Positions 35,626 to 49,241 of a DNA stretch of 64,000 bases are shown one piece after another. Source of the DNA: Lama guanicoe (lineage: Eukaryota); NCBI GenBank assembly GCA_013239625.1, contig MU054187.1, positions 7,265,757 to 7,329,756 of the forward strand, read 5' to 3'. The notes under the pieces were generated by a model. That model was given only the letters and a program-made list of their open reading frames with translations. It made no database searches and was not told where the DNA came from. Position numbers and translations under genes: made by a program. The first letter of the stretch is position 1. Every line of letters starts with the position of its first letter.

Positions 35626-38600
35626 TGTGGACTTGCTCAGATTCTGATTCTTCCAGCCCACTGCCCTGTAATTTCATGGTGACAGAGGAAATTTGTAAAA
35701 ACAGTCACTGGTGTAAGAAACACGTCTGAGAAGGCTTCATTGTCAGCCTCTTTGCCACCGTGGCTCCTGCCCAAGTCTGCGGCCCCTCCCCCAGCTTCTT
35801 TGGGGACTGACACCCTGAGAAGCCTGCCCAGGCACCTGCATCTCCCCAGGTGAAGTTAGTTTTATACCGCCAAAATGAGCTGAAGGAAACACAGCTCAGA
35901 GGCTACAAAGATCAGCACTGTGCCTGTCACATGAGAGATGTTTAAATATATATTGTTTTCTTAAAGCAAATCCAATTTGGAAAAAACTTTCACCTTATGT
36001 AACACTCCGGAACCAAGCAGCCACCACCTCATTACTGCTGAGTGCCTGTCAGGGATCTACTCCAAAAGCTGATATTTGTGGGTCTGGGGAACTTGGCAGG
36101 GACTGTGACAATGACAAGGATGATCAGTCCATTGAAAGTGAGAAAAGAGCTAAAACAATGCCTGGTGGTGACTTGGAAAGTCTTCTAAATCTTTGTTATG
36201 TGAGAAGAGGATGATGAATGATTTCTTTCGTCTACACTGTGAAAAAAATAACTTGGCAGAGAAACTGCACTAGGCAAGATATTGGTCAGATGTGAGAAAG
36301 CTCTTTCTACGAGGGAAGGTTATTAAAAACAGCAACTGATTAACGTTGGTAATCGAATCTCCTTTCTTGAATGACGCTCGTGTACCCGTGAACCTGGAAA
36401 GGGTGTCCGGTGGCACAGCCCAGAGCCAAGGGACTTCCATCTCTGTTCCCTCAAGTCCCTTCCATCTCTGTGAATCAAGAACACAAGAGACGTCTTCGCA
36501 AGATTACCTAAAAGGCTTTGATCAACTCCATTCCCTCCTCAAAGGGTTTTTTAACTACGCTGTTCAGTGCTGAACCACACATCTTTTCAGCTGAATGTGG
36601 CATCAACACAGGCTGCAGAAAGCAAGAGAATAAGTTTCTGCTTTGATAGATTATGTGTATTATTATGTCAGATGAATATAGAATGACTTTCAACCATGGA
36701 GGGAGTGAGACTCTGCAAGATCAAACTAAACCCGAATTAAAACCATTGTGCGTGAAACAGTTTAAGAGGTCAGTGTGTGTGCCCCCCTCAGGTGTACAAA
36801 TATTGCAGTTTATCCAGTCAGCATCACTCAGCCTGCTTGATTTCTTTCCATAAGTCCTTTACACTGGATTTCATTGTACCCACTCAGTGATGCCATATCC
36901 ATTGTACCAGCAACAGACTTGGAGAAAACTCCAAATTTCTGGACTAAAATGTTAGAGAGGGGAGTGAACCGTGGCTCTTAACTTTCATGGAGACTCTAAT
37001 CTCCATGGCGTCCAAAGTCAGGTTTTAAGAAACCACTTTGTTAAGGGAATTGGGAAAACCCTTATCATATTCCCAGGCACTCCCATGTAGATGGTAACTT
37101 GCAGTTATAGACAGGTGGCTATAAGCAGACACTCCGTTCATGGCGATGCTGCAGACTTGTACAGGGAGCCTTCGTTCTTGCATTTGATCATATCATTGCT
37201 CATAATCATTAATGTATTTTTCTAGGGCCCACAGTCCAATTGCCTGTGAATGTACTGGGGTGATGGTATGGGGTGAAGCAGTTCACATATGGATTTTGTC
37301 TTTCATGCTTTGGCTCTCTTTAAAGTGATGGCATCAAGCTATCAAGGCCCACTGGTTAAATGAATTGGTTTATTCCATTTTCAATTGCTTCCTGATCACT
37401 TACAATGTGTGTACCGGGCCCCATGCTGGAGACACAAGGATGAGTAATACCTAAGCTTTGACCTCCAGCAGCTAATGATCTAGGAGAGGGGACCTACGTA
37501 GAAATAAGTAGATATGAAACGATGTCCCTGAGGCAATTTTTGGCATAAGAGAGAACATTTACTTCTCACTTGGAGGGAGAAGCCTCCTCTGGGAGATGAT
37601 GCCTGGGCTGACTTTGGAAAGATGATGAGGAGCTGATCAAAAGCAGCAGAAGAAGACAGGGGTCCCCTGTGTAGAGGCTAATTTGCTTGGCCATCCTGCA
37701 GAGGATGAAGCTGAAATTTGTGCCTATCGAGTCTGACCTGCCTTTGCCGTAGTTCTCCCATAAAGTCAGCAAATCCATAAGGAAGCAGATGATTATGCAG
37801 AAGAGGAATCTTGACAGCTCCTAGTGGGGATGCTCTGAGACCCTCAGCCGCCATTGCTTCGCCATCTAAACGACATGACTCTTTATGCTGGAGGCTATAG
37901 AGATGCTTCCAGTGATGGTCCTCTGGGTCTGACTTGGGGATACGTGGTACCCAGGTCAAGGGTAGCCTGTGCTGGGGTCCATTATCTTTCATGGCCCCAC
38001 ATGGCGGGGCTGTAACTCTCAACGCAAGTACAACCTGGATCTCCTCCTTGCTGCTACTAGACCACCTTTCACGACAGAGGAAGGGCAAGGGTTACTCATG
38101 TGGTCAGCGGTGGCTTTGAAGGGACACCTAACGTGGCAGCTGGTGATGGAAGCAGCAGTCACCAAGGGGAGAGCGCTCACAGAAGCAGATTCACCTCTCA
38201 GGAAGAAAAATGGCTTGGCATAGACCCATGCAGCCATGACAGAGATACAGAGTATCAGAGAACGTCACTGTGAGCAGCTGAATTACTTCGAGGTTTGTCA
38301 AAATTACCATAATTGTTAGTGACTGGGTAGTGGGAAAATTAAGCTCCATGTAGAGGTAATTCTTTGCATAAAAATAATTAGGCTGAGGCAGTTTATCCAA
38401 GAAAGACAGCAGTGGAATCTCAGAATTGAGTTTCGCAATAGAAGCAGAGGGAGATCTGATGATGATAGACATTTCCATGAGGAAGACGCCCCATGACTGC
38501 AGTTAAGAACGACTTGATGAAAAAAGCTTTTCCCACTGCTTTTAGCTGATCTTTTTCTAAGGTTTCCAAATGAGAACTTGACTTTTTCTCTGGTGTCTTG

Positions 38601-38950
38601 ACTTGCCTGATTGCCTTTGCTGGAGGCTAATTTTTCTTCACAAAAATTGTTACATGCTATGTGACCGCTGCTGATCGAGTGTCTGCTACCGCAACTAAGT
38701 TCTGGAAGACAAACGTGCTAACCCCCGTTTCAGGCTGGCCCGGCAGTCAGCTCCCACCTGTCCCTTCCTGCCTGTCCTCCGCCTCTAACAGTCCAGACTC
38801 AGAGGATATTCACCTCCAACGATCCGACTGCTGGATGGAGCCAGGGGTGGCGATGTCCATCTGCTCTTTCCTGGGAGCAGCTGTTTTGTTTCAGTATCCT
38901 TGCAAGTCGCTGCCAGGCCATTATGCATTTCCAACATGAGATTAAATACC

Positions 38951-39090
38951 AGGGAGGAGGGGTAGAGGCAATAGCTCAGTGGTAGAGCACGTGCTTAGCA
39001 TGCACAAGGTCCTGGGTTCAATCCCCAGTACCTGCCTTTAAAAATAATAATAAATAAATAAAGCGAATTACCTCCCCCCACCAAAAAAAC
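38951..39090 (+). mobile_element. tRNA-derived SINE (vic-1-like)
   Basis: 'tagctcagtggtagagcacgtgcttagcatgcacaaggtcctgggttcaatccccagtacct', (TAAA)n, 'attacctcccccc', A tail. Confidence 0.9.
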
Positions 39091-39112
39091 ACTTAGGAGG
39101 ACAACACCTAGG

Positions 39113-39114
<2 letters not shown>

Positions 39115-39145
<31 letters not shown>
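39115..39145. repeat. (GT)n microsatellite
   Basis: Uninterrupted GT dinucleotide run. Confidence 0.95.
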
Positions 39146-39148
<3 letters not shown>

Positions 39149-39822
39149 GGGTTAGAGAGGTGACAATGACGTGCTTTCAAACCCTGATTGAAAAACCCTA
39201 GCAATGTATTAATGAGCCGCATTTGGGGAGGCTTCATCTACCTCATCACTCCTCATTTCTGGACCAAGCATCTGAAGACATGAAATGACAGCCCTCTGGC
39301 TTGATACCGTTTTCATTTGTCCTTGATTGGCTTTCACACGCTCACGCTCGTCCATCGTGTTGGTCCCCCAGGACACGCAGAGCAAGGTGTCTGTACTCTG
39401 CTCGCAGCCATGGCCGGCTCACATTTCCCGTTACTTAGCATGGAGTTCTGCTGCCCGAGGGCTCCCAGCAGCCCCTGGCAATGGTGGGCACTTACAGAGC
39501 CGTGAACTCTCCCGAGAGCTGCCCCAAGAGTGCAGAGTGCTCCAGTGGTGATGCCCTGGGTGCCCTCTTGGCCGTCCCAAAGGAGAGGCAGGCTTCCTTG
39601 CCTGCCTGCCTTAGCACAAAGGAGGTGGCCCTTAGCGCATGAAGCCTTTTCCAAAATGAGAAAGCTCACATCGGCGTGGTGCCCTCCAAGGAAGCTGTCA
39701 ATTTGTGTGAAGTCCCAGGATTCTTCTCAGTACTTGTCATTGTTGTGAATAGCAAGAGAACAAATTTATGCAGTGATGTGGAGATACAGAGCACCCTCCC
39801 CCAAAATTAATCAGCATAAGTA

Positions 39823-40274
39823 TTTTTTGCATTTTATTTTTCATTGAAGTACAGTTGAGTTACAATGTTAGTTTCAGGTGTACAGCAAAGCAATTCAGTT
39901 ATGCATATACATGCATGTATATTTTTCTTTGCAGATTCTTTTCCATTATATGTTATTACAAGAAATTGAATATAGTTCCCTGTGCTATACAGTAGGTCTT
40001 TGTTGTTTATCTATTTTATATATAGTAATGTACCATCTGTTAATCCCAAACTCCTGATTTATCCTTCCCCCGCCCTTTCCCCTTTGGTAAACATAATTTG
40101 TTTTCTATGTCTGTGAGTCTGTTTTTGGTTTGTAAATAGAATTTGTATCATTTTTAGATTCCATATATAAGTGATATCATAAGATATTTGCCTCTGACTT
40201 ACTTCACTTAATATGATAATCTCTAGGTCCATCCATGTTGCTGCAAATGGCATTATTTCATTCTTCTTGATGGC
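39823..40274 (-). mobile_element. 5'-truncated L1 (ORF2 end plus 3' UTR) with TSD
   Basis: ORF 40059..40253(-) [20 protein letters not shown] is the L1 ORF2 C-terminus; TSD ttaatcagcataagta (39807-39822) / ttaatcagaataagta (40275-40290). Confidence 0.92.
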
Positions 40275-40485
40275 TTAATCAGAATAAGTAAAAGTAACTT
40301 CACTTGGCCCTGTTTTCCAACAGAAAGTAGCCACTGATTTTAAAATTAAAGGTAATGAACATAAGCCGAATCTTATGTTAAGTATATTTTTTTCATTTTA
40401 TAGTCACATTAAAAATATGCATAATCTCAATGTTATGATAGATTCTGGGGAGACATAAGAAAGAACATAACAAAACACAGAGTAA

Positions 40486-40487
<2 letters not shown>

Positions 40488-40522
<35 letters not shown>
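40488..40522. repeat. (CA)n microsatellite
   Basis: CA dinucleotide run with one interruption. Confidence 0.95.
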
Positions 40523-41201
40523 CCAGAAGTGACACAGAGAGGCTTAAAAGGGCAAGAGAAAAAGAGACAATGACAAGCTCTCAGGAGATGCTCTTTGAAA
40601 TAACGTCATTATCTTATTATTTGATTTCATTCTGCCTTGAGGGCAGGTACCCCTAGGTAACTGCTACCATATCTACAAATAGCTGCAAAGAGTAATGATC
40701 TTAGGGCTCCCAAAAGTCAAACTCTCCGCCCAGACTCATTGATCCATCATTAAAAGAGTGACAGCTAGACGTTATGTGTCTCCTGAGGTGATGCTAAGAA
40801 GAGACAGCACCCTCTATGGGAACAGCTTGGACTGATTGATCTTGGCCTGAGTGTAGAAAATACAAGAATAACAGAGTAAGTTAAATCTCACCACAAGGAA
40901 ATGATCAGCCAGTCTAGAATGTGGGAAATAGTATAAGACAAATGAATAAAAGGGAGGAGGGGGTGAGCAAACTCTTACTAATTAAAAGAGATTTAAGAGA
41001 CATGCTAGTCAAATATAATGTGTATCCCTTTTTTGGATTCTGATTTCAACAAACCAACGGTAACGAGATGCTTTCAGACAATTGGGGAAATGTGACTATG
41101 GATTGGATGTAAATGATATTAAGAAGTTATTGTCTATTTTGATGGATATGCTAATGAATAGGTTAAAAAAAAAGAAGAAAAATAAATTCTTATCAGTTGA
41201 G

Positions 41202-41387
41202 CAGAGTTTCTCAACCTCTGTTAACTCTAGACCAGATCACTCTTTGCAGTGGGGGCTCCCCTGTGCATCTGGGGACATTTGGCACCATTCTCGCCCTTCA
41301 CCCACTAGCTGCCAATAGCACAGACACGCGCACCCCTTGCCAAACCGGGGCAACCAACTGGTTCACGTCCTTGACCAGGAATCTCTG
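41202..41387 (-). mobile_element. MER20 (hAT-Charlie) DNA transposon
   Basis: 'cagagtttctcaacctc...cctgtgcat...cacccactagctgccaatagca' matches the reverse-complemented MER20 consensus. Confidence 0.75.
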
Positions 41388-41460
41388 AGTCAGAGCGTCA
41401 TGAAGACATGCTGCCGAGGACATGGCATCATGTCTAGGATGTGCTTTTAAACATTGCAGC

Positions 41461-41730
41461 CTAGATACAGACTACGTACAGAATAGACAAACAACAAGGC
41501 CCTACTGTAGGGCACAGGGAACTGTAGTCAATGGCTTGCAGTAACCTGCAATGGAGAAGACTATGAAAAAGAATATTTGTGTGTATACATGTATAACTCA
41601 ATCACTATGCTGTACATCAGAAACGAATACATTGTAAATCAACTACATTTCAATAAAAAGGAGGGGAAAGATACTTCAATAAACTAACTCTGCACCAAAG
41701 AGAAAATAAATAAATTAATTAAATAAATAA
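41461..41730 (+). mobile_element. L1 3' UTR fragment (artiodactyl type)
   Basis: 'agacaaacaacaaggccctactgtagggcacagggaact...aactcaatcactatgctgtac...caactacatttcaataaaaa' followed by an A-rich tail. Confidence 0.8.
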
Positions 41731-42173
41731 ATACTCTAGCCACAAAAAAAAAAGCCATAGTGAATACATGAGACTTGATTAGATCATTTTTATTTTACTT
41801 GAAGCAGGATGGTGGGTACTGTAAGTATTCATAATACCATTCTCTCTACTTCTGGTTATGCTTGATTTTTCAGTAAATGTTAATAAAACCTAAGGCAGGG
41901 TTGCCATTAGGCTTCCCTCTCAATGCCTCTTCTCAAAGTTGCTCTAAGTTCTTCTTGAAAACTCCTTGCAGACGTTATTCCCAATGCCCAAAGCTAGCCC
42001 TCCAGAATTCCTGCCTGGCATCAGAGGAACAGGCTCAGTCTACTTCCCTGCTTTTCCAGTCTGTGTTGATAAAGCCTCAAAGCAGAAAATGTTAGCCAGA
42101 AGCAGAGCTGACAGTCAAGGTAAATGTGGTGGATGCCTGCACGTTCCCCCAACCTTCTCCCGATACGATCACC

Positions 42174-42217
42174 AATAAAATAAAATATAAAATAAAATAA
42201 AATAAAATAAAATAAAA
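42174..42217. repeat. (TAAAA)n microsatellite
   Basis: Pentanucleotide run. Confidence 0.9.
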
Positions 42218-43144
42218 ACACCTCCTCCTCTTGCCTTATCCCAGTGTAGAAGAGTCACCTGTTGGATGGATGAATAGACTTTAAGACCTTGAGTCTCCCT
42301 TCTTCTTACTAAAAGGTTGAATACAACTGTAAATAGCCCACCATTATAATCTCATCCCTTTAGCTTTCAGTTTAAATCCTTGTTAAACAACAGTGGGGTA
42401 AAAGGGCAAACATCTGGGCTATGTTTTCCAGGATGTAGAGGAATACAAGGCAGAGAAAACGTGTGGGAAGATGAGGAGAGAACTGAAGAGCCCCCACTCC
42501 TGAGCGGTGGGAAGGGAACCGAGTTTCCAGGGAGAAGAGCCGCTGCCAAAACGTGAAACAGGGAAACTGGAAATTTTTTCAGCTATTTCACATTATGACT
42601 AAGAAGTCAAAGAGAAAGTCATTGAACTGAGTTAATGGGAGAGCATTGCTGGATGGGGACATAAAAATAAGTGCAAAACACAGTCTCCACTGGCAAGCTG
42701 CTCATCATTTAGCTGGAGGGAGAGAACTTCCGTAGCTGAGTGGGACGATCAGAGCACAGTTAGTCGTGGCGCCGAGCACCGTGGGCTCCACGTGGGGCCC
42801 AGCGGTTAGCACGGAGTTGCCCTTAGCAGGCTGAGAAAGCAACGCGGCTGAGGTCGCGGTGGAGTCTTCACAGAGGAGAACCAGTTTCAATTGAACCTCA
42901 AAGATGACTAGATTTGGATCAGCTAAGACTTTTTCCACATGAGAGAAACAATGAGAGCAAAAAGTACCCAACAAATGTTTACTAGGTGCCAACTACGTGG
43001 CAGACACTGTGTTGAGGTTGATACTGTGGGAAGATGTGTGAGCCGGGACCCTCACCTTCCAAAGGCTCACTGCCTAGTGGAGAGTCAGAAAGATGCTCAG
43101 AGTGTTTGTCAGATGTGTGGCAACAGGAGTGACTGGAGATAAGT

Positions 43145-43540
43145 GTGAATTCCAGAGAAACAGAACCATTAGGCTGTGTATGTGTGTGGAGAGAGAGAGA
43201 GAATTTTAAGAAATTGGCTCATGGGATTACAGAGACTGGCAAGTCCAAGATCTGCAGGGTAGGCTGGCCGACTAGAGACTCAGGGAAGGCTTAAGTCCAA
43301 GAGCAGTGTAGAGACAGAATTCCTTCTTCCTCCAGGGACCTCAGTCTTTCTGTTAAAGCCTTCAACTGATGGAACAAGACCCACCCACATCATGGAGCAA
43401 ATCTACTTTACTCAGTCTATTGATTTAAATGTTAATCTCGTCTTTATAAAATACCTTCATGATGACATTGAGACCGGTGTTCGACCCAGTATCGGAGTGC
43501 TATGATCTAGCAAAACTGACACATAAAACTGACCATCACA
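43145..43540 (-). mobile_element. ERVL solo LTR (MLT2-like)
   Basis: 'tccagagaaacagaacca...gaaattggctcatgggattac...ggcaagtccaagatctgcaggg...ttaaatgttaatctc...gacacataaaactgaccatcaca'. Confidence 0.85.
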
Positions 43541-43945
43541 GGGCGGGATGTTTGTAAGGGACGTGGGTGGATGGTCAGGTTGTAGGAAAGCCAGGGTGGT
43601 TCTTGAGCAGGCAACCCACAGAACGCTGTAGGGAGATCAGGCTAGGGGTGTAGCTAGCAACTTGGGGACATAATGCTGTCCTGTCATCTTTACCCCAAGG
43701 CAGCCAAAGGTCACACCTGGACGTCACTTCCCAACTGCCATGTGGCTGGCACTTCTTCCCCAGGAAACCACAAGTCTGATACTCTGGTGTTGACACCTGC
43801 TGGCCCTGCCCTGACCTGAAAATCAGGGAGCCCAGGGGTTTATCCTTGTGGCTACAGTTCGTCTTTGAAAAGCCTGGATGAACAGAAAGGAAATTTAGCT
43901 TTCAATTTTGAAGTCTTTTAAAGCAATCCCTATCTTCTGTTTTAG

Positions 43946-43955
43946 GTCGAAATAA
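43946..43955 (+). CDS. NKAIN3: NKAIN3 terminal exon coding portion ((L)SK-stop after the 34636 exon; CRNK-stop ending 43959 if that exon is skipped), followed by 3' UTR
   Basis: Acceptor 'tatcttctgttttag' then GTCGAAATAAGTAA. CT|G TCG AAA TAA parallels the recalled NKAIN2 ending (M-S-K-stop); T|GT CGA AAT AAG TAA gives EEEDTCRNK, the recalled mouse Nkain3 ending. Confidence 0.85.
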
Positions 43956-46900
43956 GTAATGGCCTTGGCTCTGAAACGTGGCTGCTGAATTTGACTTAGG
44001 AAGCAAAGCGCCGTGGACCACACCTCTCTGCATCCACATGTCTCACCTTCCTCCCGAGGATGGGCTGCACCTCCCCACTTCCCCACGAGTCACAGCCTTC
44101 TTCGGTCACAGCCTGTGTATTCTTAGCATTATTCGCTAGATGAGTGGTGGGTGCTTGGGTGGGTATTTTTTTAGTCATTTCCTTCTTATAGGAATACTTG
44201 TAAATTGTAAAAAAAAATGGGTTTTTAATTTTTTAACAATATTTAATGTGAGGCATGCAAAATGAACACCATTCTCTGAAAATCGTCTACCGCCAATTCT
44301 AAGAGAAATGCTGGTTTGTGTTGTTGAGCTGTGAAGTCCCTACCGCTGACTGCTGGGGTGATCCCAGGCTGGACGGAGTTTGCATTTGCAGACAGTACCT
44401 GGGGCTCCTCAGCAGGGAGTTAGATGCTGTGATTGACAGCTGAGAAATGGATACAGATAGTGGATCAGGCTTTCAGACTCAGTAGGGACCATTTTTCAGC
44501 ATCGCAAGACAAAAGGAGGAGTCCTAATTTGTTCTCGATTTTCTCAAATGTAGAATAATATGATGGCATCTGAATGTTCCGATTCACACATGACATCTTG
44601 TTCTTCCTGTGTTCTGAAAAATATATGTCATGGGCGTACGAAAGAGTGAAATGACTAGTAGAGTATCGTTCCCCTTTGGAGGGGATCAGGGTCTCTCTGA
44701 GGTTCAGATTTTCTACTCTTTATGCCACTCCTGACACTGGCATCAGACCTAAATATACAGCTTGTAGGCCTTTGGGACAGAAATCGCAACCATAAATCTG
44801 CCGTCAGGAATACTGCTCTTAAGATGTTCCCCAAAAGTATTCAAATGATGTGGAATTCTCCATAAACACTTCTAAAGAAGATACTTATATTTGTCCTACA
44901 TCAGCTTTTCTTTCTCCTTCCCTCTCCCAATAACCAAGAAAGTCATGTGGGAAACAGAATTTTCCATGAAAAAAAAAAAGGATTGGCCTGAAAACACATC
45001 ACAGTTTTTTCCATTCCTGTCTTTCCATGACTATTTCCCAACTCAGAATAAGCTTTGCTCATGTTGGGTAACAACCAAGATGAGGCCTTCCATAGGCCAC
45101 GAAATTGTATACATGGGCACTAATTATCCATGAGTTGTTAACTTGGCCCATACAGCTCTAAGAAGCCAGCCTAAAACCATCCAAAATCGTGTGCAAGTTT
45201 TTGTATGTGTGTAGAGGGTTTTTTTTTTCCTTCTTCTTCTTCCTTGAAGCCCATATATTTTATGAGATGCTTAAGAGTCAGAATTTATACAATAAAGCCT
45301 GCTCTGGTTGCTCCCAGTTCATGACAAACCCTGCGGGCTTCCTGGAGGCCTGTTTTGCTCAGAGCTTCTGGACTGTGCCCGGTCAGTCAGCTGACACCCA
45401 CTGAACCCCAGCACTTTTCATTCCCCTGAATAAATCCAAATTCAGAATGAAGAGGAGCCAGCATGGACCAGGGGGAAGGCCCGATCCAAGCTACCTTTGT
45501 ACAGTTGAGGGAGCCTGAAGCCTCATAAGTTTGGTGTGGGGCCTGGTGTGTTCAGAGGACACAAGTTACAGCCGAAGGAAGGAGAAGCTGGAGGGCGAAA
45601 GGGGGCCCTTGAAGCCCCAGCCCACCACTGAGGTCTCAGACAGGGCTGGACATCTCAGCACTGGAAATGTCCTCATCCATAGAGCAGGACTCTAATCCCC
45701 ACCTCCCAAGGGTGCGGTGAGGGGCAGATACAAATGAAGTCATTCTGTAAACTGCAGCACGCCACAGTTGAAAAGGGCAGTTATCTCTGTAATGTCAGAC
45801 AGCAAGTTGGATCCTGTCTAGAGCTCTTGTGATCCACCCACTCAAGTGAGGTGCAAAGCCCATGCAAATGCCAGACTCTTCCAAGTTTTGTAAAAAGTAG
45901 CTTGAAAAAGTTGCCCAGATTTAAGAGATTAGAAATAAGATACACTAAACATTGCATTTCTTAATTAAAAAATAACTTTTGCATTCAAATGTCAGGACTA
46001 ATATGAGTTATTACTATGGAGAAAGCTAATAGACTATCAAAATCAGTAAGACAGAAGAATAAAATTAACAGTTAAATATTGTAAACTATCATTTCTTTAC
46101 CCCCCCCCACACACACATAAACAAAACACAGTGAGCACTCACAGACTAGAACAAGCTAACCCGTGCTGCTGTTTTACCCTCACATAACTGTACATACGTC
46201 TCTGGTGCACTGCAGGGTCCTGGAGCTTGTCTCCCTGCAGGTGACAGATCTCAGGAGGAAAGCCTTACACTGGTGGTTTTTCTATGGCTATTCAATAGAG
46301 GTAACTACTTAATATGGTATGTGTGCTTTCAGTTTTTAATCTTTCTTCATTTATGTAATTAAGTTGTAACTGTTTTCAACCCCCAATCACAGCAATCCGG
46401 AATAATTCTAAAGTTCCAGAAAATGTGCCAATCATCAGAAACAAGTCAGACCTCCCACCCCTTCTCCTCCCTCCCTGCCTCTCCTCTTCCTGGTCAGTCG
46501 TTAGAGGTTCTGCTTACTTAAGACCAAGGGATGAAAAGAAGTGTAAGGTTGTGCAGTAACACTCGGCTGCCGCCCTGTGACCGGGGTGATTCCAATGCAG
46601 TACCCTCGAGCGGGCTGCCTCTTACACGTGACCATTGCCGGGTTCTGCAGCTTTTGCCCCTCCCCACCCACACTGCACCCTGCGTCAGGAAGCAGGGTTT
46701 CGACAAGGACGTGTTCACTGTATCTACGATCGTGCCAAATCTTGACTTCTCTGTATGCAAGTGTGTGTCTGCTCAGGGTGAGGGAAGATGAAGGTGTACA
46801 TTCAGCCTGTATTCATTTGCTAGGATCTCCGCATCCTAAGAGATGGTCCAGCGCCAGGTTCAAGCGCTCTTCTCAGAAGTGGTCCTGGAGATAGGACACC

Positions 46901-48784
46901 CATTACCCATCATCCCCAGTGCTGATGGGAATGGAGAAGGGGAAAGTTAAAATCAAAGTTTATTTTCCTCTTTGAACAAACCTGGGATGGTGTCTTGGGA
47001 ACCTTGGTCAAACCTGCCCCGGCCATGCCTTCTATCTTCTGTCAGTGACTTATCCTTATATGTGTGGAGTCCTAGGCCACTGGGATGCTTTCCATTTCAA
47101 AGCAGCAAAAATTAAGCAGGGGAGTGGTGGGGGCGGAGGGGGTTACTTAGAGAAGTCCCAAGGGACAGAATACATTTTTGGGGTGTGCAACAGCCTACGT
47201 CAGAGAAATCTCAAACACCTCGTAGGAGAAGCTCCCAGCTAGTAGATCCACAAGTATCTTAGCCTTCCATCTGCCATACAACGTGAGGGTATGTGTCCCT
47301 GAAACAAAAACTTATGTCCACATCACTCCCCTCTGAGAGGCTGTTGGCATCCTTGTTTTGAGGATAACTTGACATCTTGCCTAGCAAAATATTGACTTCT
47401 TTCTTTTTCCTTCAGAAAAATAAGCCCTGCTATTTCCTCTAGACCTAAAAAAAGGGACAAGCCAGCTTCAGGAGGCTGCATCTAACAAAACAAAGCAAGG
47501 CTGCCATCTGTCTCACTTAATGAATGGGACACTTGTGATGGAGAGGAATCTGTCTTCATCACCATCAGCTGAAATATACATTGCCAATCCGGGGAGAACC
47601 ATCATGACTCTGCTAATTGAGAAGCAAGTAAAAACCAAAATTGCTCTTTTCAATCTTTGCTAATTAGAAAGGAATCTTGCCAAGAATAAACAGATCTTCA
47701 TTTTATACCTAACTTAAAAATGTATAGTATCCCAAAATGTGGACTCACTCTGAAGTAAACATTCTGGCTAATTATTTCTCAAAGGAAACACTCGCTTGTC
47801 ACTTCTGATTTGCTTTAGTATGTAACCAGGAGAACTTTGACAGTGAACTAGAATGCAGATGTTCTAACTTGACCTTGCAGCCCAAGGTGGTGGCTGTTTC
47901 CAGTGGATAACTCAGTTAAGTAGGAAACAATAGCAATAATTGATCTTTTTAAACTTAGAAATCTTGAATGTCTGTTTTCGTTTTCTTCCCGTATAAGAGT
48001 CATCTGTAACCTTTGCTGGATAAGGTTTATGAACCCTGTTCAAATAGGCCCCCCGTTCAAGGATGTTATGCCCAAAAGTAGAACTCATAGAGGGAATTAC
48101 TTCTCACGTAACCACAGAGTGTGTAAGGCAGAAAGGAAGCCAATGTATTTTATATAAGAATGAATTAATAAAGAATTCTTCAAAAAAACAAAATTCTCAA
48201 AAAATTCACAATCTGTAGGCAGCATCTCTCTTTTCATCCTGAAAAAGCTTAATTTCTTTATTGAGGGCTATGAAAAAAATGCTGTTTCTAGAAGGTCAGT
48301 AAACTTCCTAAATATTGATATTTGTAGAAAAATTTGGTGTCAGGTTAAAAATGAACCATCTTCCTTAGACTTGCTAGCATAGAAAGGGCAAGAATTGGGT
48401 TAAAGACAAAACTTTTTAAAATAAAATATTCAAAGAATCCAAAATATGCTCTCACTTGAACTTGAGAACTAAATTATGTAAAAAGAAGAAGAAGAAATAA
48501 GATAGGAAAGAAAGAAAGGAGAAAAGAAAGAGGAAGGGAGGAGAGCGGCAGGAAGGAAGGAAAAATTCAAATTTGAAAGTCTACCTACTTTGGATTTGGA
48601 CACATCAATCCTTAACTCAGGGTTGCTGTTCTAGTTTCTTTGACAAGACAAACACTGGACCATTTTCCATCCACGGCATGTTTTTCTTTGCTCTCCAGAG
48701 TTAAGCTTTTGAAAACAATTTAAGAAACCAATAATCTCTCTAGTTATTCTCATGGAATTGCTTTGGCAGACAACCTTGTCAATC

Positions 48785-49241
48785 TATATTAGTTAGGACT
48801 AGAGTTATCTACACTTGACAGAAAAAGAAAAATGAACATGGCTTAAACAATATACAGGTCTATGTCTCTTCATATTTCAAAATTCTGGAGATAGCAAAGA
48901 GTTGGATGTAGGTTTCCTAGGGACAGGGACCCAGGCTCCTTCTCTCTTGCTGCTTCATTTTGTGTCTTGCCATTCTCAAGGTCACAAGGAGACTCAAAAT
49001 GGCTGCCAAAGTTCCAGCCATTGCGTTTGTATTCCAGCCAAAAAGGAGGAAAATGGGAGAAAGATGCTTCTTTCATTTCAAGGTGTGTCTCACAAGTTGC
49101 ACATCAAATCCAGCTGCAAGGAGAGCTGGCAATTGTAGCCTTTGTTCTTGGGGGCTCGTGCCCATCTAGAGTTTAAGGGTGTCATGTCATAGTAAGAAAA
49201 GGAAATGTACATTAAAGGATGCTTGACAGTCCCTGCCACAC
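48785..49241 (-). mobile_element. MaLR solo LTR (MLT1J/K-like)
   Basis: 'tatattagttagg...ggcttaaacaa...cagggacccaggctccttc...caaaatggctgcc...ttccagccattg...ccctgccaca'. Confidence 0.75.

Larger units (their letters stand above)
40760..41880 (+). mobile_element. Old L1MC/L1ME 3' region interrupted by later insertions
   Basis: 'attaaaagagatttaagagacatg...tggattctgatttcaacaaaccaac...ggggaaatgtgactatggattgg' and 'attcataataccattctctctacttc'. Confidence 0.6.

Noticed and set aside
37600..38500. Cluster of 60-136 aa ORFs
   Set aside because: No recognisable domain or splice structure; possibly an ancient repeat, but not supportable.
38965..39032. tRNA-Ala-like gene (also at 5300, 8848, 18309)
   Set aside because: These are diverged SINE heads with A-rich tails (some with TSDs); the acceptor stems are not intact.
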